A stretch of DNA of 64,000 bases from a bacterium (lineage in GTDB: Bacteria; UBA10199; 2-02-FULL-50-16; JAJFLM01): assembly GCA_965216315.1 (NCBI GenBank), contig CBDCFN010000016.1, positions 1,824,001 through 1,888,000 of the forward strand, read 5' to 3'. Positions 39,889 through 48,418 of the stretch are shown piece by piece; positions within the stretch are counted from its first letter, which is position 1, and each line of letters begins with the position of its first letter. A program made the position numbers and the translations under genes. Below the pieces are notes generated by a model. The model did not search any database and was not told the origin of the DNA. It saw only the letters and a list, made by a program, of their open reading frames with translations.

Positions 39889-39915
39889 AATTCGGCCCAG
39901 AATAGAAAAAGTTGC
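39889..39915 (-). promoter_or_regulatory. Sigma28-like promoter
   Basis: GCAACTTT-N11-GCCGAATT. Confidence 0.45.
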
Positions 39916-39953
39916 GTCATAGCCGCTCTTCTCATATAAAGTGCCAGCTGAGA

Positions 39954-40071
39954 AGGTTTATAAAAAGCTCTGGCGACAAGGCAGGCGGAGGAGGCCGAGT
40001 GAGGCGTACTGGACGTACGTCGCAGCGAGCGTCGACGACGCCAACGCGGTAGACAGGCTTTTTAGGAACCT
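39954..40071. mobile_element. MITE-like repeat, family B, copy 1 (118 bp)
   Basis: Terminal inverted repeats AGGTTTATAAAAAGC / AGGTTCCTAAAAAGC (13/15); core CAAGGC...TACGTCG...CAACGCGGTAGA. Confidence 0.7.
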
Positions 40072-40079
40072 GATCTCCA

Positions 40080-40162
40080 GCCCAGGTGGCGGAATTTGGT
40101 AGACGCGCATGATTAAGGATCATGTGGGGCAACCTGTGCCGGTTCGAGTCCGGCCCTGGGCA
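40080..40162 (+). tRNA. tRNA-Leu(AAG)
   Basis: Acceptor GCCCAGG/CCTGGGC, discriminator A, D-loop GGTAGACG, arm CATGA-TTAAGGA-TCATG, long variable arm, GGTTCGAGTCC. Confidence 0.93.
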
Positions 40163-40311
40163 CATTTCGCAAACCGAAAGCGCAGCTTCCGCTTTGCTTG
40201 AGTCAAGGGGAGATACCGCGCTCCCCTTGACAATCCCCAACTGTAGAAATCCCACGCTCGCTCACATACTCTCTCCCCCTTAAACAATCTACCCATCGTA
40301 ATTTTCACAAT

Positions 40312-40342
40312 AAAAAAGCCTCGCGGGTAGCGAGGCTTTTTT
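40312..40342. terminator. Bidirectional intrinsic terminator
   Basis: AAAAAAGCCTCGC-GGGTA-GCGAGGCTTTTTT. Confidence 0.85.
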
Positions 40343-40376
40343 AAGAGTGTGTGGTGTGTGTGGAGTATGTGTATGA
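40312..40376 (-). ncRNA. Candidate sigma54-dependent CA-rich small RNA (about 65 nt)
   Basis: Promoter, then about 33 nt of CA-rich non-coding sequence, then terminator. Confidence 0.55.
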
Positions 40377-40386
40377 GGAACGTAAA

Positions 40387-40402
40387 TGCAAGCTATATGC
40401 CA
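40387..40402 (-). promoter_or_regulatory. Sigma54 promoter with IHF site (40429..40441)
   Basis: TGGCAT-ATAGC-TTGCA; TATCAA-TATA-TTA. Confidence 0.75.
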
Positions 40403-40542
40403 AATATTGTAAACAGATTTAATTAAGTTAATATATTGATATTATTAATTAATTTTATATATAGAGAATTTTAATATCTGGCTATAAACATGATAATTGT
40501 AAACAGGTGACCCCAGGCTGGGGTGCTGAGTCGCCGAATCAT

Positions 40543-40575
40543 AAAAAAAGGCGCGGCCTGTAGCCGCGCCCTTTT
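40543..40575 (-). terminator. Intrinsic terminator
   Basis: GGCGCGGC/GCCGCGCC stem with a T run on the minus strand. Confidence 0.8.
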
Positions 40576-40607
40576 GCAATCTATTAATCTATTGTAAGCG
40601 ATCAACC

Positions 40608-40925
40608 TTACTGCTTGATCACAGGATCATCGCATTCCGGCAAGGCGAGACTACAGGGAAACGTTTCCCCCCCGCAGTAGCAATCATCCGCGCTGGTCGT
40701 CTCACATACCTCCTGGCAAAACAGCAGGCAATCCCCACTAGATACTTGGGCTTTATCGCAGTCCACATTCTGTACTGTTACCCCATACTTATACACTTTG
40801 ATCAGTTCGCCCGTTTGTGTACGCATCTTTGCGCCAGGTTTAATTCTTTTTCCGGCCTCCGCCGTCGTCGCGAGAGCAAACGAAAAAATGATTGCGATAA
40901 CCAAGAGTTTGCTGATTCCCTTCAT
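40608..40925 (-). CDS. Small secreted Cys-rich protein
   Basis: AGGAG RBS; signal peptide ending AEA; 8 Cys in the C-terminal half. Confidence 0.75.
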   Translation of the reverse strand: MKGISKLLVIAIIFSFALATTAEAGKRIKPGAKMRTQTGELIKVYKYGVTVQNVDCDKAQVSSGDCLLFCQEVCETTSADDCYCGGETFPCSLALPECDDPVIKQ

Positions 40926-40993
40926 AGTAAGTCTCCTTTTAGTTGCTAAGCTTTGCTATTGATTCTCTTCGAACCCGATGGTGCGCTAGGGAT

Positions 40994-41009
40994 TGCAAGC
41001 CATGTGCCA
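40994..41009 (-). promoter_or_regulatory. Sigma54 promoter
   Basis: TGGCAC-ATGGC-TTGCA. Confidence 0.7.
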
Positions 41010-41150
41010 GGAAAGGGATACGAAACACGCAAAATATTCCTTTGCTAATTAGTTGGTTACAAAACCGAGCGGATAGAAAAACGCTTCCTAAATGTCAAAA
41101 TTTTGGCATTTTGCTAATGAGAGGCGGGAAAATGACATTCGGTGCCCCTG

Positions 41151-42110
41151 TCACTCGACGACACCGAGATGAAGAATGCGCGCTCCAGTCTGATTTTGAG
41201 GATTCGTACTCTTGCCGATAACCACCCCATCTTCAGGCGCAAAATAGTCTTCAACGAGGTCCCCGAAAATGTTCTTCACTCGGGCGATATGCTCTCCCTT
41301 TTTGATCAGCGTCGCAACATCGGGAAAGATCTCGAGGACACCTCCCTGGGAGGTGTAGATCCAATAGGACTTTTTGCACCAAATGGGCTGATGTTTAAAA
41401 ATTTTCTCTTTTTTAGGCAACATCTTGAGGTGCGACATTACATTAAGAATTCCTGTCGTAGAACTAGCAATCAGCTTCTTTTGAAATCTTTGGGGACCGC
41501 CGATCTCGATCGTAATCGCCGGAATGCCTTTCTTTGCGGCAGCACCGCGCAGCGTCTTATCACCGCCGACATTGTGAACAATAATCTGCGGATTCTGCAG
41601 TCTCGCCATAGTACGCGTTTCTTTATTGTCTAGGTTTGCCCGAACATAGAGTGAATTCATCCGGCCAAAACTCGCTGTATGTAGGTCAATTAAGTATTCA
41701 ACATGTTGGATAATACGATCCATGACGCGATAAGCGTAAATCTCGGCATTATCGCCCCCCCTCTTCCCGGGCATTATCCGATTGAGATCCGTGCCATCAT
41801 TAAAGTGTCTTGTCTGATTGAAGTACCCCGGGACGTTTAAGATGGGAATCGCGACAACCGCTCCACACAGCTTCTTGACCTCTATTTTTTCTATCAGACG
41901 ATGAATGGTTGGTAATCCATTGAGCTCATTACCGTGAACAGCGGCTGTGACCCCTAATACCGGCCCACGTTGTTTTCCTTTCGCAACCATAACAGGAACG
42001 TTAATTGGTTGACCAAAACCATCGCCGACAACCTTGATCCATAGACAAGTGATTCTAGCAGGCGACAGCTTGTCGACATTCAATCTATTCACAACTTCAT
42101 AAGTATTCAT
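41151..42110 (-). CDS. Succinylglutamate desuccinylase/aspartoacylase-family (M14) protein
   Basis: HGNELNG, DLNRIMPG, IDLHT, TIEIG. Confidence 0.9.
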   Translation of the reverse strand: MNTYEVVNRLNVDKLSPARITCLWIKVVGDGFGQPINVPVMVAKGKQRGPVLGVTAAVHGNELNGLPTIHRLIEKIEVKKLCGAVVAIPILNVPGYFNQTRHFNDGTDLNRIMPGKRGGDNAEIYAYRVMDRIIQHVEYLIDLHTASFGRMNSLYVRANLDNKETRTMARLQNPQIIVHNVGGDKTLRGAAAKKGIPAITIEIGGPQRFQKKLIASSTTGILNVMSHLKMLPKKEKIFKHQPIWCKKSYWIYTSQGGVLEIFPDVATLIKKGEHIARVKNIFGDLVEDYFAPEDGVVIGKSTNPQNQTGARILHLGVVE

Positions 42111-43564
42111 AAGACAATCTCATCCATTAGACTTTCGTCTTTATTCAACGATTGAAATAATTTTTTTCTAAATTTACCCTTACTCGTCACAAACGAGCTC
42201 GCCAATTTGTCAATCGCAACGACTGAAAAGATGGTCTGCAAAAAGGCTTCAATGAGATCATCAAGGCCAATACCTATTTTATTAAAATCTTTCCGATCCA
42301 TAAGAAGCAAGCGATTTGTATCACTCCCCCAAGATCCATCCTCCCGCCGTATAGACAAATTCGTCCCTAGCATATCCCAGGTAGATATATCAGAAGGCAG
42401 GTTCTCTACCAACGGGGTTCGAGACCTCCTGCTATAGATTGCAAGCGGCATAAACCCCTGCTGAGACGAACATATCATCATACGCAAATCGGCGACATAT
42501 ATGTTGCCCTTTTTACTGGGTACAGTACCAACATGATAGAAACGCGCTGATGAGCCCTGTGAACTCCAACGATTATTTCCAATTAAACTCTGCACAATAA
42601 ATTGATCATAATCGAATTCTCGTTGCATGAAATCATTAAGTTCATCTTCGTTTGTGATAGTAAAGACACCCTGACCGGCATTGCTATAGGGTACTTTTAC
42701 GACAGCGTGACCGCCCCACTTATGAACCCATAACGGAACTTCTTCTTTAGAGATATTCCAGATGGTCTCCGGGATCTGAATTGAAATATTACTGCCTTCA
42801 TACTCGGCATTGAAAAGGTCATAGGCCTTGGCGGCTAAAAGTTTATTACGACCACCAGCGAGACAACATAACACCGGATTTAATATCCTAGTCCTAGTAT
42901 CAATCGGAATCCTATTCCAGGGTTTCTGCGTCACATAACGAAAGGCACACCGAATCGGCACCCACTTGTCTTCGTAACGGACCTCCATTACTTTGTCTGT
43001 AAAGCGTACCCGGTCGCCGTTCGAACCAGCGGCTGAAAATTCCACTAAGAATATGTTTTCACTCGTCAAGTCGGCAAGAACAGCGGCATATCCGGACGCT
43101 TCTAAGAAATTCTTATCATAGATGACGGCTAGTTGGCCCCTGGGAAGTCTTCTCTGCTTTAAAAGCGGCAAAAAAGCCTTGGTCAAGAGACGCTTATAAC
43201 CGCCTTGATCGTCAACCTCCAAGAGTAGAGGCATTGATTTCTGACCCGACGGACAAGAATTGGTTTCAATCAGAACCATTTGCCCGATACCATGCTCGCT
43301 CGAGACTTTAAAGAGATCGGCACCGGCCCAATTTAAATATTTCGGTTGGTAGGTCAGAAGAGTTTCTAATGTCTCCGCATCCGCTTGGGGATGCAAGTGA
43401 AGGTAACGGCTTTGAATGCGTTCCAACTCCATATTGAGAAAAAACGCTACTAATGGATGGATTTGAGCATTCAGGACTCTGGAATAATAATGGTTCTCTG
43501 CTTCAAAGCTTCCAGGCTTTATGAGCTGGACAGACTGGCGCGTCCCCACCTTATCTTGTTCCAT
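42107..43564 (-). CDS. Putative circularly permuted ATP-grasp ligase
   Basis: N-terminal ADL...IETNS, then NKL, VVKVPYSNAGQGVF, FIVQSLI, DLRM. Confidence 0.6.
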   Translation of the reverse strand: MEQDKVGTRQSVQLIKPGSFEAENHYYSRVLNAQIHPLVAFFLNMELERIQSRYLHLHPQADAETLETLLTYQPKYLNWAGADLFKVSSEHGIGQMVLIETNSCPSGQKSMPLLLEVDDQGGYKRLLTKAFLPLLKQRRLPRGQLAVIYDKNFLEASGYAAVLADLTSENIFLVEFSAAGSNGDRVRFTDKVMEVRYEDKWVPIRCAFRYVTQKPWNRIPIDTRTRILNPVLCCLAGGRNKLLAAKAYDLFNAEYEGSNISIQIPETIWNISKEEVPLWVHKWGGHAVVKVPYSNAGQGVFTITNEDELNDFMQREFDYDQFIVQSLIGNNRWSSQGSSARFYHVGTVPSKKGNIYVADLRMMICSSQQGFMPLAIYSRRSRTPLVENLPSDISTWDMLGTNLSIRREDGSWGSDTNRLLLMDRKDFNKIGIGLDDLIEAFLQTIFSVVAIDKLASSFVTSKGKFRKKLFQSLNKDESLMDEIVL

Positions 43565-43641
43565 AGTTAGACGGAGGGTATTGAGAAAAAGGGGCTTCGT
43601 CTATCTATAATTGAGCTGGTTTCAGGGCTGACCGATAGAGG

Positions 43642-44805
43642 CTAAGCCGCTGCCGCTTGGGACTTCCATTTAGGCAACCTGAGCAATTTGGGCCGCTTCG
43701 GCAGTGAAGGCACCGACAGCTTGGCCAGGCGCTTCACCGCACCGGCGAGAGTCAGACCCCAGTTCCCCTTATTATAGCTTACTCCGTAACGCTCACATAT
43801 CGCCTGAACTTTGGGCTGAATTTCACGCAGACGATTGGGAGGCAGCTTGGGAAACAAATGATGTTCGATTTGCGTGTCTAGGGCCCCACAGAGAACACTG
43901 AGAGGCAGCGGCACATCATAATTGTGCGCCGCTTCGACCTGAGCCTTATACCATTGACCGCGTCCTTTCGGCTTAAAGTCATGGTCATAGTATTTCAGAT
44001 CATCACCAAAGTGACCGGCATAGATAGTCGCGGCACTATAAATATTGCGCAAGACATCCGCGCTGAGATTAGCGCCCAGTACCTTCCACCATAGTGGCCC
44101 GGCTAACACCGGCCAAAACACGAAATTGTAGAACGAATAAGGCACCATCTTCCGCAGCGTTTTATTTAAGGCCTGTGCAATTGAACTCGCCTTTCGATCT
44201 TTTAGAATTTTCGCGTAATTCTCATCTCTGTTCTTTTGGATGAGATCATTAACCCCCGTCGCATAGGTCGCAATGACCCAGAGAAAAATTGGTGCTGTCC
44301 AGAAAAATTGAGCGGCCTGAATCAAATGAATGGGAACCCATGGAATCTGCTCCGCTGAACGAATCGTCCCATAACTCAGATCCGGATCCTTGCCGATAAT
44401 ATTTGTATATTGGTGATGCAGAACGTTGTGCTCGTGCTTCCAACTTTCTTCATCGATCGGCGTCTTCCAATGAAAAGACGCGGATGCAAACAATTCTGCC
44501 CCGGCAATCCCATCCCATGACCCGTGCAGGGCTGAGTGACCGATTTCGGTCGCGTGCAACTGATTATGAATCGAAAGCGCAAAAACCCCTGCCGACCAAC
44601 TCAACGGATCGAGGCTGAAATGAATCAACAAGCGCCCGACAATCTCCGACAGGCGAGCAATGCGTTCAATCTTTTTGACGTAGGCCACATCCTCAGCACC
44701 GAGCTGCGCTTTGATGTCTTCGTGAACGGTATCGAGTTCCTTGGCGAAGGCATCATACTTCGCCTGGGTCCAGGGTGATAGAGCGGTCGCAACTTGAGTA
44801 GCCAT
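43642..44805 (-). CDS. Membrane acyl-CoA/fatty acid desaturase
   Basis: His boxes HSALH, HNVLHH, QIEHHLFP; AAGGAG RBS. Confidence 0.9.
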   Translation of the reverse strand: MATQVATALSPWTQAKYDAFAKELDTVHEDIKAQLGAEDVAYVKKIERIARLSEIVGRLLIHFSLDPLSWSAGVFALSIHNQLHATEIGHSALHGSWDGIAGAELFASASFHWKTPIDEESWKHEHNVLHHQYTNIIGKDPDLSYGTIRSAEQIPWVPIHLIQAAQFFWTAPIFLWVIATYATGVNDLIQKNRDENYAKILKDRKASSIAQALNKTLRKMVPYSFYNFVFWPVLAGPLWWKVLGANLSADVLRNIYSAATIYAGHFGDDLKYYDHDFKPKGRGQWYKAQVEAAHNYDVPLPLSVLCGALDTQIEHHLFPKLPPNRLREIQPKVQAICERYGVSYNKGNWGLTLAGAVKRLAKLSVPSLPKRPKLLRLPKWKSQAAAA

Positions 44806-44820
44806 TGAGTCTCCTTGGTG

Positions 44821-44844
44821 TTCAGTAAACAATTGTATACTGAA
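44821..44844. promoter_or_regulatory. Palindromic operator, FabR/DesT-like
   Basis: TTCAGTAAACAATTGTATACTGAA, one mismatched pair, just upstream of the desaturase RBS. Confidence 0.65.
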
Positions 44845-44920
44845 AACCACTCATTACCTCTCAAGTCAAGTGTAAAAACAAGGATCTCAACTGTAAACAC
44901 TTGTTATGTCTGTGGATAAG

Positions 44921-45292
44921 CTACTCGGGGCCTGACGGATCCGCCGGTGGAGAGGCCTCCGGAGCCGGGGCTTCCGCTTCGCTGGCAGGTTGTTCCACAG
45001 GCGTCGGCGTGACGGGAAGCTCTGCTCCGGTGGCCGGCACCGATTCCAAGACAGAACCGGCATCCTGCCGGGAGAAATAGGTCAGCGTAATCGAGGTGGC
45101 TAAAAAAAGCGTCGCCGCCACGATGGTCACCTTATGCAGCAAGGTCGCCGCTCCACGCGGACCAAACACCGTTTGGGAACTCCCTGCTCCAAAGGCTGCG
45201 CCGATATCAGCGCCCTTGCCGCTCTGGAGTAAAATTGTCGCGACCAAAAATATGGCGACGATCACATGAACAATAATAATTAATGTTTCCAT
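44921..45292 (-). CDS. secG: Preprotein translocase subunit SecG
   Basis: [25 protein letters not shown]; follows tpiA. Confidence 0.95.
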   Translation of the reverse strand: METLIIIVHVIVAIFLVATILLQSGKGADIGAAFGAGSSQTVFGPRGAATLLHKVTIVAATLFLATSITLTYFSRQDAGSVLESVPATGAELPVTPTPVEQPASEAEAPAPEASPPADPSGPE

Positions 45293-45311
45293 AATTTAAG
45301 TACCCTCTTGC

Positions 45312-46088
45312 TTACTCACCCGACTGGGCTTGACCTACATTTTGGATAATTTCAACAAACTCTTCCGGATCCAGGCTCGCCCCGCCTACCAGGAGTCCAT
45401 CCACATTACTGGATTGAATCAGACTCTTGGCATTGGTTGCCTTGACACTGCCCCCGTATAAAAGGCGGATGTCATTTGCCGTCGGCGCATCAAAGCGTTT
45501 GCCAAGAAAATTACGAATCCAGTCATGCACTTCACCGACTTGTCCCGAGGTCGCATTCTGACCCGTACCAATGGCCCAGACCGGTTCATAGGCGACTGAA
45601 AAAGCTTCGATGTCATGTATATGCAATTCTTGAAGTCCCACATTCAATTGATGCTCAATGTAATCAAACGTCTTGTTGGCCTCTCTTTCCTCCAACGTCT
45701 CACCCACGCAAAAAATAACTTCTAAATCGGCTGCCAGACCTGCACGCACCTTGCGATTGATCAGTTCATTATCTTCTTTGAAAATATGACGGCGCTCTGA
45801 ATGGCCCACAATAACGAACTCACAACCAACATCCTTTAAAAAAGGCCCTGAAATCTCTCCCGTAAAGGCCCCCTCATTTTCATAGTATAAATTTTGCGCG
45901 CCTAACTTAATATTGAAGTCCTGTAAGGCAATGCCCGCTGAATATAAGGCCGTAAACGGAGGCGCCACAACAACTTCAATGCCAGCCGAGTCTTCTAATT
46001 GACGTTCCAAAGCAGTCAGCCGCTTGAGCGTCTCGCCAATCATCCCGTTCATCTTCCAATTGCCAACGACTAGTGGCGCTTTAGCCAT
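45312..46088 (-). CDS. tpiA: Triosephosphate isomerase
   Basis: GNWKMN, GHSERR, AYEPVWAIGTG, LVGGASL. Confidence 0.97.
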   Translation of the reverse strand: MAKAPLVVGNWKMNGMIGETLKRLTALERQLEDSAGIEVVVAPPFTALYSAGIALQDFNIKLGAQNLYYENEGAFTGEISGPFLKDVGCEFVIVGHSERRHIFKEDNELINRKVRAGLAADLEVIFCVGETLEEREANKTFDYIEHQLNVGLQELHIHDIEAFSVAYEPVWAIGTGQNATSGQVGEVHDWIRNFLGKRFDAPTANDIRLLYGGSVKATNAKSLIQSSNVDGLLVGGASLDPEEFVEIIQNVGQAQSGE

Positions 46089-46093
46089 AAGTG

Positions 46094-47275
46094 TTATCCC
46101 TCCAAAGCACTCAGGCCGGGAAGTTCACGGCCCTCTAAAAATGCGAGTGACGCCCCACCTCCGGTCGAGATATGCGTCACCTGATCAGCCAATCCCAAGG
46201 ATTTTAATGCCGACACGCTATCGCCCCCGCCAATAACCGATTTGGCAGCCGACGCGGCCACGGCCTGCGCAATTTCCCGCGTCCCAACGGCAAAAGCATC
46301 GTTTTCAAAATATCCCAAGGGACCATTCCAAAAAATCGTCCCGGCCCCGCTGAGCACCTCAGCAAACTGCGCAACGGTCTTCGGTCCGATGTCCAGACCA
46401 AGTTGCGATTCCGGAACATCAATCCCCTCAGTCAGTTCGGCATTCGCTTCCAGGCTTAATTCCGCAGCCACTCGATGATCGATCGGCAAGAGCAACTCGA
46501 CTCCCTTAGTCCGAGCCCGTTCCAGTATCCGCTGGGCCAAATGCAGTTTTTCTTCCTCAAAGCGCGAACGGCCTATTTCATGTCCTTGCGCCTTGAGAAA
46601 GGTGTAAGCCAAACCGCCGCCTAAAAGCAAACCATCAACCTTATCAATGAGTTTTTCGATCAAGCCGATTTTGTCCGCCACCTTCGCACCGCCAATAACG
46701 GCCCAAAACGGCTTCGCGGGCGACTCGAGCAATTCCGACAGGACTTGTAACTCCTTCTGAACGAGAAATCCAGCGCCACGCTCGCGCAAATGGGGAACCA
46801 TCCCCACGGTCGAGGCATGAGCCCGATGGAGCGTCCCGAAAGCGTCATTTACATAAACATCGGCTAGCTCGGCTAATTGCAGTGAGAATTGCGGATCATT
46901 CGCCTCTTCTCCCGGATGAAAACGGAGATTCTCGAGCAGAAGAACACCTTTTGATCTCAGCTCATGCGCGAGTCGTTGCACGGCCGCACTCATCGTCTGT
47001 TCCGGGAAGATAACATCAAGCCCGAGACATTCGCTGAGATGCTCGGCAACCGGTAATAGAGAGAAGCGTTGATCCACTTGGCCTTTAGGACGGCCCAGAT
47101 GAGACGCAATAACCACGCGCGCGCCCTGATCAAGGAGGTATTGCAAGGTTGGAAGTGCGGCTTGAATGCGCGTGTCATCCGCAATGCGGCCTTCCTCCGT
47201 CAACGGGACATTAAAATCCACCCGGACAAAGACCCGTTTCTCATCGATCTCAAGCTGGTCTACCGAATGAATCAC
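46094..47275 (-). CDS. pgk: Phosphoglycerate kinase
   Basis: RVDFNVP, SHLGRP, LLENLRF, HISTGGGASL. Confidence 0.97.
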   Translation of the reverse strand: MIHSVDQLEIDEKRVFVRVDFNVPLTEEGRIADDTRIQAALPTLQYLLDQGARVVIASHLGRPKGQVDQRFSLLPVAEHLSECLGLDVIFPEQTMSAAVQRLAHELRSKGVLLLENLRFHPGEEANDPQFSLQLAELADVYVNDAFGTLHRAHASTVGMVPHLRERGAGFLVQKELQVLSELLESPAKPFWAVIGGAKVADKIGLIEKLIDKVDGLLLGGGLAYTFLKAQGHEIGRSRFEEEKLHLAQRILERARTKGVELLLPIDHRVAAELSLEANAELTEGIDVPESQLGLDIGPKTVAQFAEVLSGAGTIFWNGPLGYFENDAFAVGTREIAQAVAASAAKSVIGGGDSVSALKSLGLADQVTHISTGGGASLAFLEGRELPGLSALEG

Positions 47276-47281
47276 CGTTAA

Positions 47282-48292
47282 CTAGAGAGACTTTGCAACC
47301 AGTCGGGTCAAATCCACCATGCGGTTAGAAAAGCCCGTTTCATTATCATACCAAGACAGTACCTTAACGAGATTATTATCAATGACGTTGGTCGAAAGCA
47401 GATCGACTATCGACGAATAAGCATTACCGTTATAATCCGCTGACACCAATGGCTCTTCGCTGACCGCCAGGACCTCACCCAAAGGTCCCTTAACGGCTTT
47501 ACGGAAACTCTCATTGACCTGCTCAACCGACGTTCCTTCGTCAACCACCGCCACGAGATCCACCAAGGAAACATTGGGCGTCGGCACTCGAACCGCCAGT
47601 CCATCAATATGACCTTTGAGCTCTGGAAAGATCCCGCCAATCATGCGCGCCGCTCCTGTCGTCGTCGGAATCATCGACAAGGCGCCAGCACGGGCACGGC
47701 GCGGATCACTATGGTAAGAATCAATAATCCGCTGATCATTCGTATAAGAATGGACCGTCGTCATAAACGCGCTCTTAATCTTGAATTGTTCATGGAGTAC
47801 TTTCACCAACGGGGCAACACAGTTAGTCGTGCAACTTGCATTGGAAATAATATGGTGTTTGCCCGCATCGTATTGGTCGTCATTAATACCTATCAGAATG
47901 GTCATATCTTGATCTTTGGCCGGAGCCGAAACGACCACCTTCTTAACGCTATCCCCCAAGTGTCCTTCGGCGTCCTTGCGCTGGGTAAAACGTCCCGTAC
48001 ATTCCAGAACAATATCAACATCTCGATCCGACCAGGGAATCTCGCTGGGATGGCGCTGCTGACTCAGCGTCACCGGTCGGCCCCCGATCACTAATTCCTT
48101 ATCACGAGCCGTCACCTCTGCAGGCAAGATCCCGTGAACGGAATCATAACGCAGCAAATGGGCCGCTTCCGCGGGCTCCATCAGATCATTGGCCATGACG
48201 ATCTCAAAATCACTGGTACCCGATGTCAACCATGCCCTTAAAACACCCTTACCAATACGCCCTAGTCCATTAATTCCAACTCTCACGCTCAT
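47282..48292 (-). CDS. gap: Glyceraldehyde-3-phosphate dehydrogenase
   Basis: GINGLGRIG, SNASCTTNC, WYDNE. Confidence 0.97.
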   Translation of the reverse strand: MSVRVGINGLGRIGKGVLRAWLTSGTSDFEIVMANDLMEPAEAAHLLRYDSVHGILPAEVTARDKELVIGGRPVTLSQQRHPSEIPWSDRDVDIVLECTGRFTQRKDAEGHLGDSVKKVVVSAPAKDQDMTILIGINDDQYDAGKHHIISNASCTTNCVAPLVKVLHEQFKIKSAFMTTVHSYTNDQRIIDSYHSDPRRARAGALSMIPTTTGAARMIGGIFPELKGHIDGLAVRVPTPNVSLVDLVAVVDEGTSVEQVNESFRKAVKGPLGEVLAVSEEPLVSADYNGNAYSSIVDLLSTNVIDNNLVKVLSWYDNETGFSNRMVDLTRLVAKSL

Positions 48293-48418
48293 GATTATTT
48301 CCTTAGTTTATTAGAGGATTACGAGAATTCCGACGGGCTATAAATGGCGGCGTGGCTAAGATTTGTCAAGGCCCCAAGGGCCTTGCATCCTCAAAGGCCA
48401 TAAGTTACAAGACTCGCC

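Noticed and set aside
40202..40231. Perfect 11-bp hairpin GTCAAGGGGAG/CTCCCCTTGAC after tRNA-Leu
   Set aside because: Single copy with no U tail; cannot tell a repeat relic from a processing stem
40080..43564. tRNA-Leu as an integration site for a genomic island
   Set aside because: No integrase and no duplicated tRNA 3' end seen in the window
44911..44919. Perfect DnaA box (TTATCCACA, minus strand)
   Set aside because: Single box with no cluster, unwinding element or dnaA nearby; not evidence for oriC
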